Shown here one piece after another: positions 11,731 through 26,237 of a stretch of DNA of 64,000 nt. The stretch is taken from the NCBI RefSeq assembly GCF_009914755.1, contig NC_060926.1; one strand, written 5' to 3'. The notes beneath the pieces were generated by a model. That model saw only the letters and a program-made list of their open reading frames with translations, made no database searches and was not told where the DNA came from. Origin of the DNA: the human T2T-CHM13v2.0 reference genome, Homo sapiens. Position numbers and translations under genes: made by a program. Positions within the stretch are counted from its first letter, which is position 1, and each line of letters begins with the position of its first letter.

Positions 11731-12864
11731 ATGTGGAATGTGGGAATGTGGAATCTGTAGCTGAGGAGTCAAGATGGTGATCATGGAAGCTGTTTTCACA
11801 TTTCTGAGGGGTTCCCACAGGACAAGCTATGTAGCATCTGAGATGGTTTAAATGGAGTGTGATAACTTTGTTGGTCGTACTATAGAAGAAGTGCTCATGT
11901 TATGAGAAGGCTGACTCATGGCTGGCTGTTAGGGTCACTTTGAACTCTTTTAAGAGTAGTGAAGCTATTTTATGCTTCTGTTAAATAATCTAATGCCACA
12001 GGTTTTTTTTTTTCACATTTCATTGTTTGTGAATTTCTTTCACATCTCTTAGTTTATTGGTTTTCCCGTAGTGCATAGCACACAAGTAGGCAATTATGGA
12101 ATTGAATTAAGAGTTTAATAATGGCTCATTAGGAACCAAATTTCAACTTTAAATGAGCACATATTTCTCTATTTTTTGTGTTGCTTTGTTCCTATATGTA
12201 TTTCTTTTAAAGTATTCATTTGTAAAAAATAACCAGCATATTGGTAATGTCCAGTATTACTTGGTTATTTAATTATAAATTAAACTACATAGCTCACAGG
12301 ATTTTTGACCAGAACAAAGCAAGAAATTAAAATACTAACAAGAAAATAACCTAATTTGTAAAATAACGTTCTCTGAAATCAATTATCTTATTTTCACAGG
12401 AAATAAAATTAGGAGAAATCTGCTAAATTCATCCAAAATAATACAAGAGTTTGGGAATATAAAAAAAGTACTACTTCTTTAAATGCTAATGAACACCAGC
12501 TTTATCATTTCTAAAGAAGAGGATTTTGGTGTTATTTTTCTTCTCCCAGTGAAAAATTTACTGCTCCTACCTGGCAAAGGGACATGGGCTTGAGCCTGAT
12601 ATTTGAGACTGTATAAATAGCTGATCTGGAAATTTCAAGCCAATTTTATCCTCTTTCCTTCAACTGCAGTTTCATGCTCTCCCCTCTACTCCTTGAATTA
12701 TCCCATCAACATTCTTGGTCATTCAGGGTTGATGAAGCCATCATGCCATGATCAGCTGCTTAACTTGGCACTCTGTGAGGGAGGGGGGATCTTTTTGAAG
12801 CCCTGACACCATTCCCCTGTCCAGCTCGTCTTGCAGGGCAGTGAACAAGAGGCTGAGCAGAAGG

Positions 12865-12950
12865 TATCAGAATCTTTGGAAATGGGACCCATCAGATGTT
12901 TCACAAGTCAAAGTATTCTGATGCATACTCAAGTTTGAGAGCTACTGGTT
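12865..12950. mobile_element. MER5-like hAT-Charlie fragment
   Basis: CAGAATCT..ATTCTGATGCATACTCAAGTTTGAGAGCTACTG. Confidence 0.55.
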
Positions 12951-13051
12951 TATAGCAGTTCAGCTCCTCACAAACACAAATATATGCACATTTGTGGTAT
13001 TCCTTCAGTGAAGATGGCTCTGGTCACATTGAAACAGTGAATATGTGCCTT

Positions 13052-13097
13052 TGTGTGTGTGTGCGTGTGTGTGTGTGTGTGTGTCTGTGTGTGTGTC
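13052..13097. repeat. (TG)n microsatellite
   Basis: Read directly from the sequence. Confidence 0.95.
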
Positions 13098-14752
13098 TGG
13101 TGTTTGGGGGTAGAAGTGATAACCAGGAAATGTCCCATGAAATGTCTCATGAAGCAAAGGCAGGGGTATTTTCTATGAACTATCTCCATTAATCTGTGGG
13201 CCTGCATTCCTGGAAAATCTTCACTCAGGATCCCTAAGGCTTCCTAGAGCAAAGGTGGCCCAGCCTGGGTCTTGGCATAGTATGACCTCAGGGTGTCCAG
13301 GCTGAGGACAAGGTGAATGTCCTGCCTCTGCTGCGCTGGGTCTGGGTGCCCTGGTGTGCTCCTGCCCTCTCCTTGTCAGGGAACCTTGGACTGGGTCTGG
13401 GGCCTGAGCTCAATTCCCAGACCCACCTCTATTGAGCTATGTGACCTTGGGTCCTATGCTCCCTGGGCCATCTGTGGTGAGTGGGCCATATGACAGGCCA
13501 TCTCAGGGAGGTGGGCAGGGATGGTGCTCACCATACAGGCCTCCCTCACTTCTCTTCACCTCCAATTGTATGCAGAAGACTTCAGTATTACACATCCTTC
13601 CATGAAGGACCTCTCCTACCAGAAAAAAAAAAAATAAAAGCAAAAGGAAATGATTTCTCGTTCACTTTCAGCTCGGAAACTCGACAGGCAGGCCTTGGCT
13701 TGGTGTCTTAACTCGGCAGCCCTGTGGTGCTAGGTTTTATACATTATTTCAAAGGGCTAGAGTTCCCCTCTGAAGATTTGTTTTCTGGTGGTGGGCTTAG
13801 CAACTCTATTTTTTTCTCCTTAATCTATTTTCTTACACAAAGAACAAATGCCTCCAAGTACAATTGCACCCAGATTACTAGACTCTCCTTAAACATTACC
13901 AAAAGCTATAATTTTGAAATTCTTTTATCTATCCCAAGCTAATAGCAGTTTTGCATGTCTTTATATTGTTTTCATCTGTTTCTTAGCTGCCCCCTCCTCT
14001 TGGGTTATTGTCTCTGGAATATGTGCGGGCTTGTTTAATTTTAGTGCTGAATTTGGGATATGGAAAAGATTATTCCTAATTATATTACTTATTTGTTGAA
14101 ACATAATATATTTATATGGACCTTCTGTGCTCCAGAAGCAGTGTGTTCTTTTGTGAAGACATTGCTGGAGTTGCCAAGGCGGGGATCTGAATTGAACAGG
14201 ATCTGAATCTAAAGCAATCTAGGAGTAGATCTATCCTTCAGCATCTTCAAACCAACTTATCAAATATTTCTTTCAACATGAAACATTCACCCCAGCCCTG
14301 TAGCCAACTAGTTCAGTGCTATTTTTTCTACAATTCAATGAACCCGTGAGGCCCCATCTAAAACAATCACCACAGCAGAACCTTGGGGTCTAACAAAGAT
14401 TTCCCTCCCAGGGAGAATAAGGCATGTTGAATTGGTTTGAATCAATGGGGCATTTTTTCTCTTGTTGGCCTGGTGATTACAACCCTGTCTCTTAAACTGC
14501 ACTCAACTCAAATGACTTTTTTTAAATGATATAATGCTACTAAAGAATAGAAAATACATTCTTGGTCAAGCTATTACCAAGCAGAAAAGAAAAAAAACTC
14601 CATCACTTTGAATTTCTCACTTTGTCAATAAAATTATCAACCTCGACTTCCTTTATGTTTCTTGGTGCCTGCTGTTAAGCCATGAGTCAGAAACCCCCAG
14701 CTTTGGATGTTGTCATAGAGCCCAGACACCATATGCTCCTCTGTCATGAGAG

Positions 14753-14915
14753 CAGGACCAGCTATATGATTTGTGGGGGAGCCCAATGCAAAATGAAAGT
14801 GTGAGGCCCCCTGCTCAAAAATTATGTAGGATTTCAAGACGGCGACAGCAGAGCATTAAAGGAAGTGCTGGGCCCTTCGGAACCACACAGGACACATGTG
14901 CATGAAGCTAGCCCT
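14753..14915 (-). mobile_element. MER45A (hAT-Tip100) MITE
   Basis: GCCCAATGCAAAATGAAA..GATTTCAAGACGGCGACAGCAGAGCATTAAA..CATGAAGCTAGCCCT matches the recalled consensus in reverse. Confidence 0.85.
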
Positions 14916-15783
14916 TGTTCAAAGACAGACCTAGTTGAGGAGGAGGAAGAGTCCATTTCCTTCTCTCCTGCTTGTCAGCCCAAGTTATTTAGGTTTATCT
15001 CAGAGGTCTGCATTCAATTCTCCCAACTCAATGAACTGCCTCTCTCCTTTCCAAATTTGCTCTGCATTTGGGACTCTCTCTAAACAAGGTGTGCAGCTTC
15101 GTGCAAAGTTAAGTCACACTGCCAAGTCCTCTAAGGCCTGATGAAAGCCTTGGGGCACCAGGAGGGGCAGAGAGGCAGCCCTCGTGCCTCACCACGCTGC
15201 TCTGCTCTGCCAGAGGTAATCGCTTTGCAGATTCTCAACTACATCTCCAACTGTGGTGTTTTCGCTCCTTTGTCCTTCTGACAAAGACTTTTATAATTCT
15301 CTTTAAATGTTCCAGGGATTTTTTTGCTCTTTCAAATAATTGTTATCAATCCCTACCAAATGCCTTAGATCTTCTCCTCCTCCTTGTCTTTACTGTAAAT
15401 ATTTTCCCTGCTCTTCAGCAGCAACGTTATGCCTATACACAGTAACAAAATCTCTACAGCTATCTTAGTTTCTTTATTCTTGTGTCTTCAAAGACTCCCA
15501 AATCTTGCTCTGTTGGTGTTTGTTGAACTTTTCTAATAAGATGACTTTTAAAAGAAAGCTAAATACATATATTTTTTTATTATACTTTAAGTTTTAGGGT
15601 ACATGTGCACATTGTGCAGGTTAGTTACATATGTATACATGTGCCATGCTGGTGCGCTGCACCCACTAACTCGTCATCTAGCATTAGGTATATCTCCCAA
15701 TGCTATCCCTCCCCCCTCCCCCCACCCCACCACAGTCCCCAGAGTGTGATATTCCCCTTCCTGTGTCCATGTGATCTCATTGT

Positions 15784-17078
<1,295 letters not shown>

Positions 17079-17874
17079 AGCTAAATATGTATTTATAACT
17101 CTTCCATGAAAGTCTGCCTGCTCTCCCCACTCCTAAATATATTAGTGATTTCTGAGCATAAAAAATAGATTGATTTTGTGACATTATGAACTGGTAGTCA
17201 TAGTTTGCCTACTGATAACTTTGCCAAACACAGGAGCATGTGGACATTGTTGCCTCTAAACCCAGCTGCATTCCCTGCAAACTGGATGCCCTCAGAGGAG
17301 AAGGGTGAGAGGGTCCTTTATAGAATATTTTTGCTGATAGTGGTTGCCACTAGGCAATGACATTCACAGATGTTCGCAAATGGGTAGTTCAATTAAAAGT
17401 TTTCATAAATCAAGTTCAGGACCTCTGAATCACCCTACCACAGAAAATTGACAGATGCATTGAAAATGAAAATTAAATGCCAGGGCTGCATGAACCATTT
17501 CTTCCTGTTCTGTTCAATGTTACTACTTGTTTGCGGAGGGGAACACTTGGAATTTCCACTTCTGCAAGTGGGACCCATTTCTCTCTGGGCCTTAATTCCT
17601 CCTGATGACAGGCTGAATATGGTAGTGACTATAGTCTCAGGAAGATACATCAGAAGCCATGCAGTCAGCTTCTCCAATACTTTCTTTGCCTATTAATTTC
17701 TACATGACTTTGGTCAGATCACCAGATGCCTTGATTTCCACATTTTAAAAATGATAATTGTACCTGTGATCATGGATAATTTTTTTCTTTGCAGGGAGGT
17801 GAGTAATGTGGATAAAAGAAATACCTGTGAGAGAATTTAGAAATATTTGAAAGGAAGAACTCTTCCTTCAAATG

Positions 17875-18001
17875 TGTTTTGTTTTTAGAGATGGGGTCTT
17901 GCTATGTTGTCTAGGCAGGACTTGAACTCCTGGGCTTGGACCATCCTATCACCTGAGCTTCCAGAGTAACTGAGACTACATGTGCATGCCACCATGCCCA
18001 A
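17875..18001 (-). mobile_element. Free left Alu monomer (FLAM)
   Basis: A single antisense ~125-bp Alu monomer, AGAGATGGGGTCTTGCTATGTTG..GCCACCATGCCC. Confidence 0.85.
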
Positions 18002-18277
18002 CTCGCATGTGACTTTTTTTTTCTCTCTAGATCTTATTATGGGATTTCCCACTCATTTCTTAGTTATTTTGAAAGACAAGACAGTGAGGTTCACACCTCT
18101 GAATGTTTTCTCATTATGTAAGCAAATTTGGACTTAGCTTTTGCATCCATGGCTTCTTGAAAAGAAAGTCTCCTTGAGCCTCTGAGGCTGAATTCTTAGT
18201 ACATTAACCCTCCTCTTCTGTGTTGCAACTGTGATATAGGAAAGTCTAGTTAGCATCCTGATTTATTTGGTTTTGTT

Positions 18278-18309
18278 GAGTGTGTGTGTCTCTGTGTGTG
18301 TGTGTGTGT
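18278..18309. repeat. (TG)n microsatellite, interrupted
   Basis: Read directly from the sequence. Confidence 0.85.
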
Positions 18310-18416
18310 TTTCCTTGAAGTATTCTTGGCGTGGGCATGTGTGTCTAATTAAAAAAGTAAATTGACAGAGTTGAGGCCACTGGGCTCTTACATAGATTGT
18401 TTTCCCATTCCCAGTC

Positions 18417-20389
18417 CAGGCATACCTCATTTTATCGTGCTTTGCTTTATTGTACTTCACAGATATTGAGCTTTTGAGAAATTGTATATTTGTGTAACCC
18501 TGCTTTGAACAAGTCTATCAGTACCATTTTTTCAACAACATGTGCTCACTTCATGTCACTACGTCACATTTTGGTAATTCTCACAGTATTTCCAACTTTT
18601 TCATTACAATTATATCTGTTATGGTTGTCTGTCATCAGCAATTTTTAATGTTACTGTTATACTTGTTTTAGGACATCACAAACTGTACCCATATAAGATG
18701 ACAGACTTAACTGATAAATGCTGCTTTTGTTCTGACTGCTCCACTGACTAGCAAGTCCCTCATCTCTCTTCTTCTCCTTGGGCCTCCCTATTCCCTGAGA
18801 CACAACAATACTGAATTTAGGCCAATTAATAACCCTTCAATGATCTCTAAGTGTTCAAGTGAAAGAGTCACATGTCTCTCACTTTAAATCAAAAGCTACA
18901 AATGATTAAGTGAGGAGGGAAGTTGAAAGTCAAGATAGGCTGAAGGCTAGGCCTCTTGTGCCAAATAGTCAAGTTGTGAATGTAAAGGAAATGTTCTTGC
19001 AGGAAATTAAAAGTTCTACTCCAATGAACACATGAATCATAAGAAAGCAAAACAGCCTTATTGTTGATATGGAGAAAGTTTGAATGATTTGGATAGAAGA
19101 TCAAACCAACCACGACACTCCCTTAAGCCAAAGCCTATTCCAGAGCAAGGCTCTAACTCTCTTCAATTCTGTGAAGGCTGAGAGAGGTGAGGACACTGCG
19201 GAAGAAAATTTCAAAGCTGGCAGAGGTTGGTTGATGAGGCTTAAGGAAAGACACCATCTTCATAACATAAAAGTGCAAGGTGAAGCAGCAAGTGCTGATA
19301 TAGAAGTGGCAACAGGTTATCCAGGAGATCTAGCTAAGATCATTGATGACGGTGGTTACACTAAACAACAGCTTTTCAATGTAGACAGAAGAGCCTTCTA
19401 TTGGAAGATGCCATCTAGGACTTTCTTAGCTAGAGAGAAGCCAATGCCTAGCTTCAAAGGACAGGCTGACTCTCTTGTTAGGGGATAATGCAGATGGAGA
19501 CTTTCAGTTGAAGCCAATTCTCATTTACCATTTTGAAAATCCTATCGCCCTTCAGAATTATGCTAAATCTACTCTGCCTGTTCTCTATAAATGGAACCAC
19601 AAAGTCTATATTACAGCACATCTGCTGGTCATCCAAGAGCTCTGATGGGGATGTACAAGGAGATTAATGTTGTTTTCATGCCTGTTACCACAACATCTAT
19701 TCTGTAGCCCATGGATCAAGGAGTAATTTTAACTTTCAAGTCTTTTTATTTAAGAAATACATTTCATAAAGCTATCGCTGCCTTAGATAGTGATTCCTCT
19801 GATGGATCTGGGCAAAGTAAACTAAAAATCTACTGGAAATGACTTACCATTCTAAATGCCGTAAAGAACATTTGTGATTCATAGGTAGAGGTCAAAATAT
19901 CAATATTAACAGGAATTTGGAAGAAGTTGATTTCAAGCTTCATGAATGACTTTGAGGAATTCAAGACTTCAGTGGAGGAAGTAACTGCAGATGTGGTGGA
20001 AATAGCAAGTGTGCTAGAATTAGAATTGGAGCCTGAAGATGTGATTGAATTCCTGCAATCTCCTGATGAAACTTGAGTGGATGAGAAATTGCTTCCTTGA
20101 GATAGAATCTATTCCTGGTGAAAATTCTGCGAATATTGTTGAAATGGTAACAAAGGATTTACAATATCACATAAACTTAGTTGATAAAGCAGTTGCAGGG
20201 TTTCAAAGGATTGACTCCAATTTTGAAAGAAGTTCTGCTGTGGGTAAAATGCTACTAAACAGCTTTGCATGCTAGAGACATCTTTCCTGAAAGGAAGAAT
20301 CATTCAATGTGGCAAACTTCCTTTATTGTCATATTTGCTTTATTGCAGTGGTCTGGAACTCAACCTAAAATATCTCAGAGGTATGCCTA
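18417..20389 (+). mobile_element. Tigger1 DNA transposon (TcMar-pogo), both TIRs present, internally deleted
   Basis: TIRs CAGGCATACCTC / GAGGTATGCCT(A). The ORF at 19084-19488 ([51 protein letters not shown]) is the CENP-B-like transposase. About 1.97 kb here versus a ~2.4 kb consensus. Confidence 0.95.
19084..19488 (+). pseudogene. Tigger1 transposase remnant (HTH and start of the DDE region)
   Basis: Recognisable pogo/CENP-B motifs; the frame is broken on both sides. Confidence 0.85.
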
Positions 20390-20391
20390 TA

Positions 20392-21251
20392 CATCAGCTC
20401 CTTGAAGAGTGACACTTTATTAAATGTCCTTTTGTTATAACGTTGATGAAAAAAACACTTCCTGGCTGGAGCCACAGTTCTTGTCAAGTTTGCATGTTTT
20501 CTCTATGTCTACATGGGTTTTCTCTGGGTGTACTCAGCTTCCTCCCACATCTCAGAGATGTGCATGTCAGGTGAATGGGCGTGTCTACATGGTCCCAGTG
20601 TAAGGGAGTGTGGAGATGTGTGTGTGTGTGAGTGCACTTTGAGATGGGATGGCGGCTTTTCCAGGACCGATTTCTGCCCTGCCTCCTGAGCTGCTGGGAT
20701 AGGCTCCAGCCACTGGCGACGCTGAACTGAAATGAGAGGGTTGGAAAATAAGTGAATGAAGAATGATTGAATGAATACACATTATTGTAAAATAACAGTT
20801 CAAAACTTCTACAACAATAATGCAAATGCACCACAGTAAACAATGCATTCTGAACGCGCTCAGTAAGCCTGCCAGATTTGTTCTTGTTTGTTTGTAAACT
20901 GCATGGTGGTGGTAGGTACTCCTTACAATTTTTCCTTTGCAAACATTTACTGCTTGGTTCAATCCACCATCACTAGGACTGCTGTCACTCACTGATTCAC
21001 CAAAAAAATTGGGTAATTATCTTGTTTCTATTAATCTTTTTTAAGTATCTATATCTCACGTGTATTTCACTGTTTAACATTAGAAGTGTTTTGGTTTGGA
21101 CTTTTTTAGAAGTTTGGTGATATTTTGGGGACCAGACATAGGCCGTAGGAACTTAATTCTTGTTTATATCAATTAGCTCATAGTAAAATTGGTTTTGCTT
21201 AATGTGGCAGTTTCCAAAAACATATGAATATTGTTAAGTGAGGACTTACTG
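20392..21251 (-). mobile_element. MER6 non-autonomous Tigger-family element
   Basis: Ends in GTTAAGTGAGGACTTACTG|TA; internal V-SINE-like core GTTTGCATGTTTTCTCTATGTCTACATGGGTTTTCTCTGGG..CTTCCTCCCACA; ~860 bp. Confidence 0.85.
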
Positions 21252-21719
21252 TAATTGTTATGCAACTTCTGTTCTGATAACAACCCAGTTGTTGTTCTTT
21301 TTAATGAAATGATACTGGAAGGAAATAGCACTTTGCATTGCTGTAAACTAACAAGGCGTCCTCCTATCCGTGGCTTACTTATGATTCCTCAGCACTTTGC
21401 TGCTCTTCGGCACTGTGGGCAGCAGATCTCATTCTGCTGGTGTTTTTCCTTCACTTTGTCATGCCGTCAAGTACTTCTTGCTAATATGGCTCAGTTTCAG
21501 TTTGTTTCACCAGAAAATAAATTTTATTTCACAGCTTCACAGCTTTTCATCCTTCCCATGTTACTCCAAACACATGCTCACTGGGTTTCCATAACTCATC
21601 GAGTAATCTCTTACAGACTCTTTCTACGTTATAAGAACATTCCCTGTTTGCCTTCCTTGACATCTCTTTCTTAAACTCTTTTCCAACATCAAAATCCTCA
21701 CTTCCTGGGAGAAAAGAGT

Positions 21720-21950
21720 TGTGTTGTGAAAAGAGCATACATGGGATTCAGAGTTTTCAGATTCCAGTATTACCTCCTTCTGCAACTCCCTAGCTGTGAA
21801 AATTTAAGCGATTGCTCGGTCTCAGTTTCCTTAGTTGCAAATGGGAATGACAAACAGGACTTTCCCCACAGAGGCACTGTGAGGATTACTTGAGATAGTA
21901 CATGTCAAAAGCTGTTCCTAGAGATTTCAAAATGTGTTCATTGTTATTTC
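21720..21950 (+). mobile_element. MIR SINE
   Basis: GGTCTCAGTTTCCTTAGTTGCAAATGGGAATG..TGTGAGGATTACTTGAGATAGTACATGT. Confidence 0.7.
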
Positions 21951-22715
21951 AGCAGGTCGATTTTCTTCTAATTTTTACTTTGATAGACTCTCAATTCATG
22001 CAAATAATACATGGCCTATTTGCAGTTTAAATTTAATTACTGATTCACAAAATATGTATTTACTTTCTCCTAACATTAATCATTGGTACCAAGCCAGGTT
22101 TTGACCTTTTTTACCTGAGGAATTTAGAGTTGGAAATAAAAGGCAAAATTATAAGGAGGAGAACGAAGTATAGTTCAAGTCCTAAAGTATGCTGATTAAC
22201 ACATTTGTTTGCCTTTGGAACATCTGGGAAAGCAACTATATACTAATTCTCTTAAAAATGATTTATTTAAACATTTGTGGAAGATTCAGGTGTGTGATTT
22301 TAATTGCACAATTAATTAATTATTGGTGAGGTCCTTTTATTTCTTCCTAGTAATCAACATAATAAAACGCTGTAGTATAAATTATGGCAGAAAAGAAAAT
22401 TAATAAATGTAGTTGCAGCTTTTAATTTTTATTCTGAAAGTATGTTTAAACAATTGATTATTAATTTTTAGCTAGATTTTTCTTCTTCCTTGCTCTTTCC
22501 TTTCCCCCGTCTCCCTCTTTTTGCTGATTAATTCATTCCTTTCTTCTTTCCTTCAGTTTACACAAACAAAACACAATAATGAGTACAATGCTATATGAAA
22601 GGCCTTCCCTAAAAATATTTAAGCTGTGAAAAAATGAAAACAAAGGAATGGACAGCAATAGCTAATCTGATATTTGTCTATGAATTAACAGGTAAGAAGG
22701 AAAAAAGGTTGCTGA

Positions 22716-22749
22716 GTGTGTGTATGTGTGTGTGTGTGTGTGTGTGTGT
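22716..22749. repeat. (TG)n microsatellite
   Basis: Read directly from the sequence. Confidence 0.9.
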
Positions 22750-23199
22750 ATTTATGTTTGTTTGTTTATAAACAATCCGGCGCATTCATGCCCAGTGAAG
22801 GGTTAATTACTTTTGACGTTTTGTTAATGGCAATGTCGTTCTCTTACTTATTATTGCTTATCTTTTTAGATCAGCTATTTTTAAACTTCTATCAGACTTT
22901 GAATGAACTTATCAATTTTCAGTTAATAAAACGTTGAATTTGATATCCTTACAAACTTACCAGTGGTAAATATTATCTCCTAAGTAGTACTGTTTGAAAA
23001 TCACATCTACTCGTCTTCCAGTGTATCTGGTACCTGGACTATCTAACTGGTACCTGGACCGTTCTCCACTTATGTTTCCTTTGGGTGAAGATTTCAAAGA
23101 TTTCTGGTAAAACCAAATGTGCTCTTGGGGAAAGTATATCATGAAAACATATTTACCAGTCATGACTGAAGGATGTAGATGGTTTTAAGCAAGTTTTTT

Positions 23200-23402
23200 G
23201 GAACCATGCAATTCTACCTCCCCTGCTGATTAGCTGCACAGCCTGAATAGTTGCTAAAATTTCTGAAGCTGTTTTCTCATCTGCCAGATGTGTATGGTGG
23301 TATCTTTTTTTCTGGGTTATGATAATGATTAAAAGTAGTCATGTTTATAAAGTACATAGCACAGTACCCAGCCTGTACTCAATAAACATCAATAAACTGT
23401 AT
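23200..23402 (+). mobile_element. MIR SINE
   Basis: GTTTTCTCATCTG..AAAGTACATAGCACAGTACCCAGC..ACTCAATAAA. Confidence 0.6.
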
Positions 23403-23447
23403 ATTCACATAAATACTATATCGATAGCTAATTCTGTGCCTCTTAAT

Positions 23448-23960
23448 ATGTCTTGAATTTCCTGTAACAGGAAAATCTGATTCAAACTTTACTATAAAGG
23501 CTGAAACCATACAGAGACTCATTGGCTCACATAAGTGGTAAGCAGAGTTAGTCAGGCCTCCAGGTTGGTTTGCTTCAGTGGTGTGGTAAGGTAATATCAT
23601 CAAGGCCCACTCACCATCTTTCTCTCCCCACTTTACTTCTGCTGTTAGCTTTATCCTAAGGCTGGCTTCTCTTTGCGGTTGGGAGGTGGCCGTGAACACT
23701 TCCTGGGTCTACATGTTTCCCCCTCCAGGAGCCTCTCGAAAACGTTAAGAACTCTCCTTTCCTAGAAGCTCCCTGTGTCTCTTTGATCCAACTTGGCCTA
23801 TATATTTAGCCTATATATTCATCCCAGGCCCCAAAGCTATAACTAGAAGTAGGAATAAAATTGATAAGTTTAAGCCTTAGTCACCAGCTCTAACTTGATG
23901 TCAGCTTCTCTCAAAACACAGGGGTTACAAAGGAGAATGTGGATATCCTGGGAAGCAGGG
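23448..23960 (-). mobile_element. Old MaLR LTR (MLT1K/L-like)
   Basis: GTAACAGGAAAATCTGATTCAAACT..CATTGGCTCACATAA..AGGCTGGCTTCTCT..GGAGGTGGCC. Confidence 0.55.
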
Positions 23961-24417
23961 CATGAATAATGAGGAGGAGACCACAGCATCAATTACAGTG
24001 TTAATTACACCTAAAGCACCACCAGCAAATCTGTGTATCTCTATGGGACGTGAGTTCTGACAAGGCAGGGCACTAGAGCCAAACGTTACCCTTCCCAGTG
24101 TAGCTTAGGACTTGTGATTTCCCCTGTAGAATGTTTTGGAAGAGGTAGGGGTCTTAGAGGTCACCTAGACTTTAAGAGGCTGTCTTAAATCTGGTATCAC
24201 AGAGCTTGTTATTGGTACACTTAGGAGCAGAACATAGTTGTCCTGATGGTATATTGGATCTCTTTTCCCCATTCAGCGCAGCTCTGCCTCTTAAGCTCTT
24301 CCTCTATTTTCTGATATTACATCTGGAAAAGTCACACAGCTAGTGTGTGGCAGTCTTGGAACTGGACCTGCCACTTCAGCCCCATGCTTCATTTAAGGCA
24401 CCAGTGGAACATGGCGT

Positions 24418-24905
<488 letters not shown>

Positions 24906-24923
<18 letters not shown>

Positions 24924-25152
24924 AAATAGTGTCATGTACATGGATATTCATTTCAGCATTCTTTATAATGACAGATCCCTAGAAACAACTTAAACACCTA
25001 CCAATGAGGAAATGGTAAAATCCATTATATTGCAACATTAGGACAATGGCATAGCTCCATTTGCGATGGAAATGTTTACATAAATGTTCATCAAGCTACA
25101 GGTTATGTGAAGAAAGCTTTGCTTAGAAGAACATGGTATTATGCCCCTAATC

Positions 25153-25201
<49 letters not shown>

Positions 25202-25340
25202 TTATATGTAGCTAAGCTTATATTTCTTTAAGAGTATTAGAGAATCTGTAGACAGTAATTACCTGGGGAAGGAAATTAGAGGTCTGATTGAGACAAAGAC
25301 ATTTTCACTAATTGATTTTTAAAAAAACAAGCATATATAC
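24906..25340 (+). mobile_element. Old L1 (L1ME-like) 3' fragment with (TG)n at 25156-25192
   Basis: ATGTACATGGATATTCATTTCAGCATTCTTTATAAT..TAGAAACAACTTAAA. Confidence 0.55.
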
Positions 25341-25394
25341 TACATTTTCACTTAAAATACTACTTATAAAAGAACTTATTCTTGGTTTCAGAAC

Positions 25395-25550
25395 TTGAGT
25401 ATCAATCTAGGGTCTATCATTTCTTGGCATCATGATCTTAAGCAAGACATTTTATTTCTCAGTTTTCTCACCTGTAAAATGAAGACGATGATGTTTGTCA
25501 CACGAGTGTTATGCAAATTAACTCTCTGTGAAAGTGCTTTCTAAGCTCTC
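25395..25550 (+). mobile_element. MIR SINE
   Basis: CTCAGTTTTCTCACCTGTAAAATGAAG..TGTGAAAGTGCTTT. Confidence 0.7.
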
Positions 25551-26083
25551 AAGGGGTGATTCCTATGGGGGACTTTTCTTGATAATCACCTTTTTCCTCC
25601 TATTCCACACAGTTCCCCCACAGCCCACTGCCTCAGGGAAGATGTCTGTCATTAAAGGGCAAATAATCTCATTGGAATTTCTGGTTGGCCAGGAGCACTG
25701 ACTGAGAAGGAAGGCTGAGGAATTCAGGGAAGGTTTAAGTTGGATTCCACCAATCTTTTCCCACAATTTGATGAGCATTTTAATTCTGTGCAACTGGACT
25801 CAGTGTTCCCAGGTCCTAACTCAACTCTGAAATGGGATTCAGAAATCCTCACTGCATTCTCACCTGTCCAGACAAGATGGAAAAGTCTAATTCCATTTCA
25901 ATTCATTATTTGTTCAACCAGTAGTTATTGAACACCAACTGTATGCTAGGTGCTCAGGGGAATTCATCAGTCCCCTGGAGTTTACAGTAGAGCAGACACA
26001 GCAAATACTTGTTAGCTAACTATTGTGCACAGTCATGAGAACTTATTTTAAATAAAGGATGTCGGTGAATGAAACACTTATAT

Positions 26084-26237
26084 CCACTAAATCCAACAGC
26101 TGCCATCACAAGAATATCCTACAAATACTAGCTTCTTGTTCTCTATTGTTAATATTGTTCTCATATTGTTAATATGAAAAAAAAGTGACTGCCTGCCCAG
26201 GTTAGTATAGACACTTCCTGGACATATTTTCCAAAAT
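26084..26237 (-). repeat. Right arm of the inverted duplication, with an internal ~20-bp tandem duplication
   Basis: Reverse complement of the Alu-removed left arm; contains TTGTTCTC(A)TATTGTTAATA twice. Confidence 0.9.

Noticed and set aside
17846-17873. 12-bp hairpin TTTGAAAGGAAGA-AC-TCTTCCTTCAAA resembling an intrinsic terminator
   Set aside because: The context is eukaryotic with no upstream gene, and short purine-rich quasi-palindromes are common.
19084-20275. Tigger1 transposase as a domesticated TIGD-like gene
   Set aside because: There are multiple stops, frameshifts and internal deletions; the longest piece is 134 aa.
20484-20992. 152-aa and 135-aa minus-strand ORFs
   Set aside because: Both lie wholly within the non-autonomous MER6 element.
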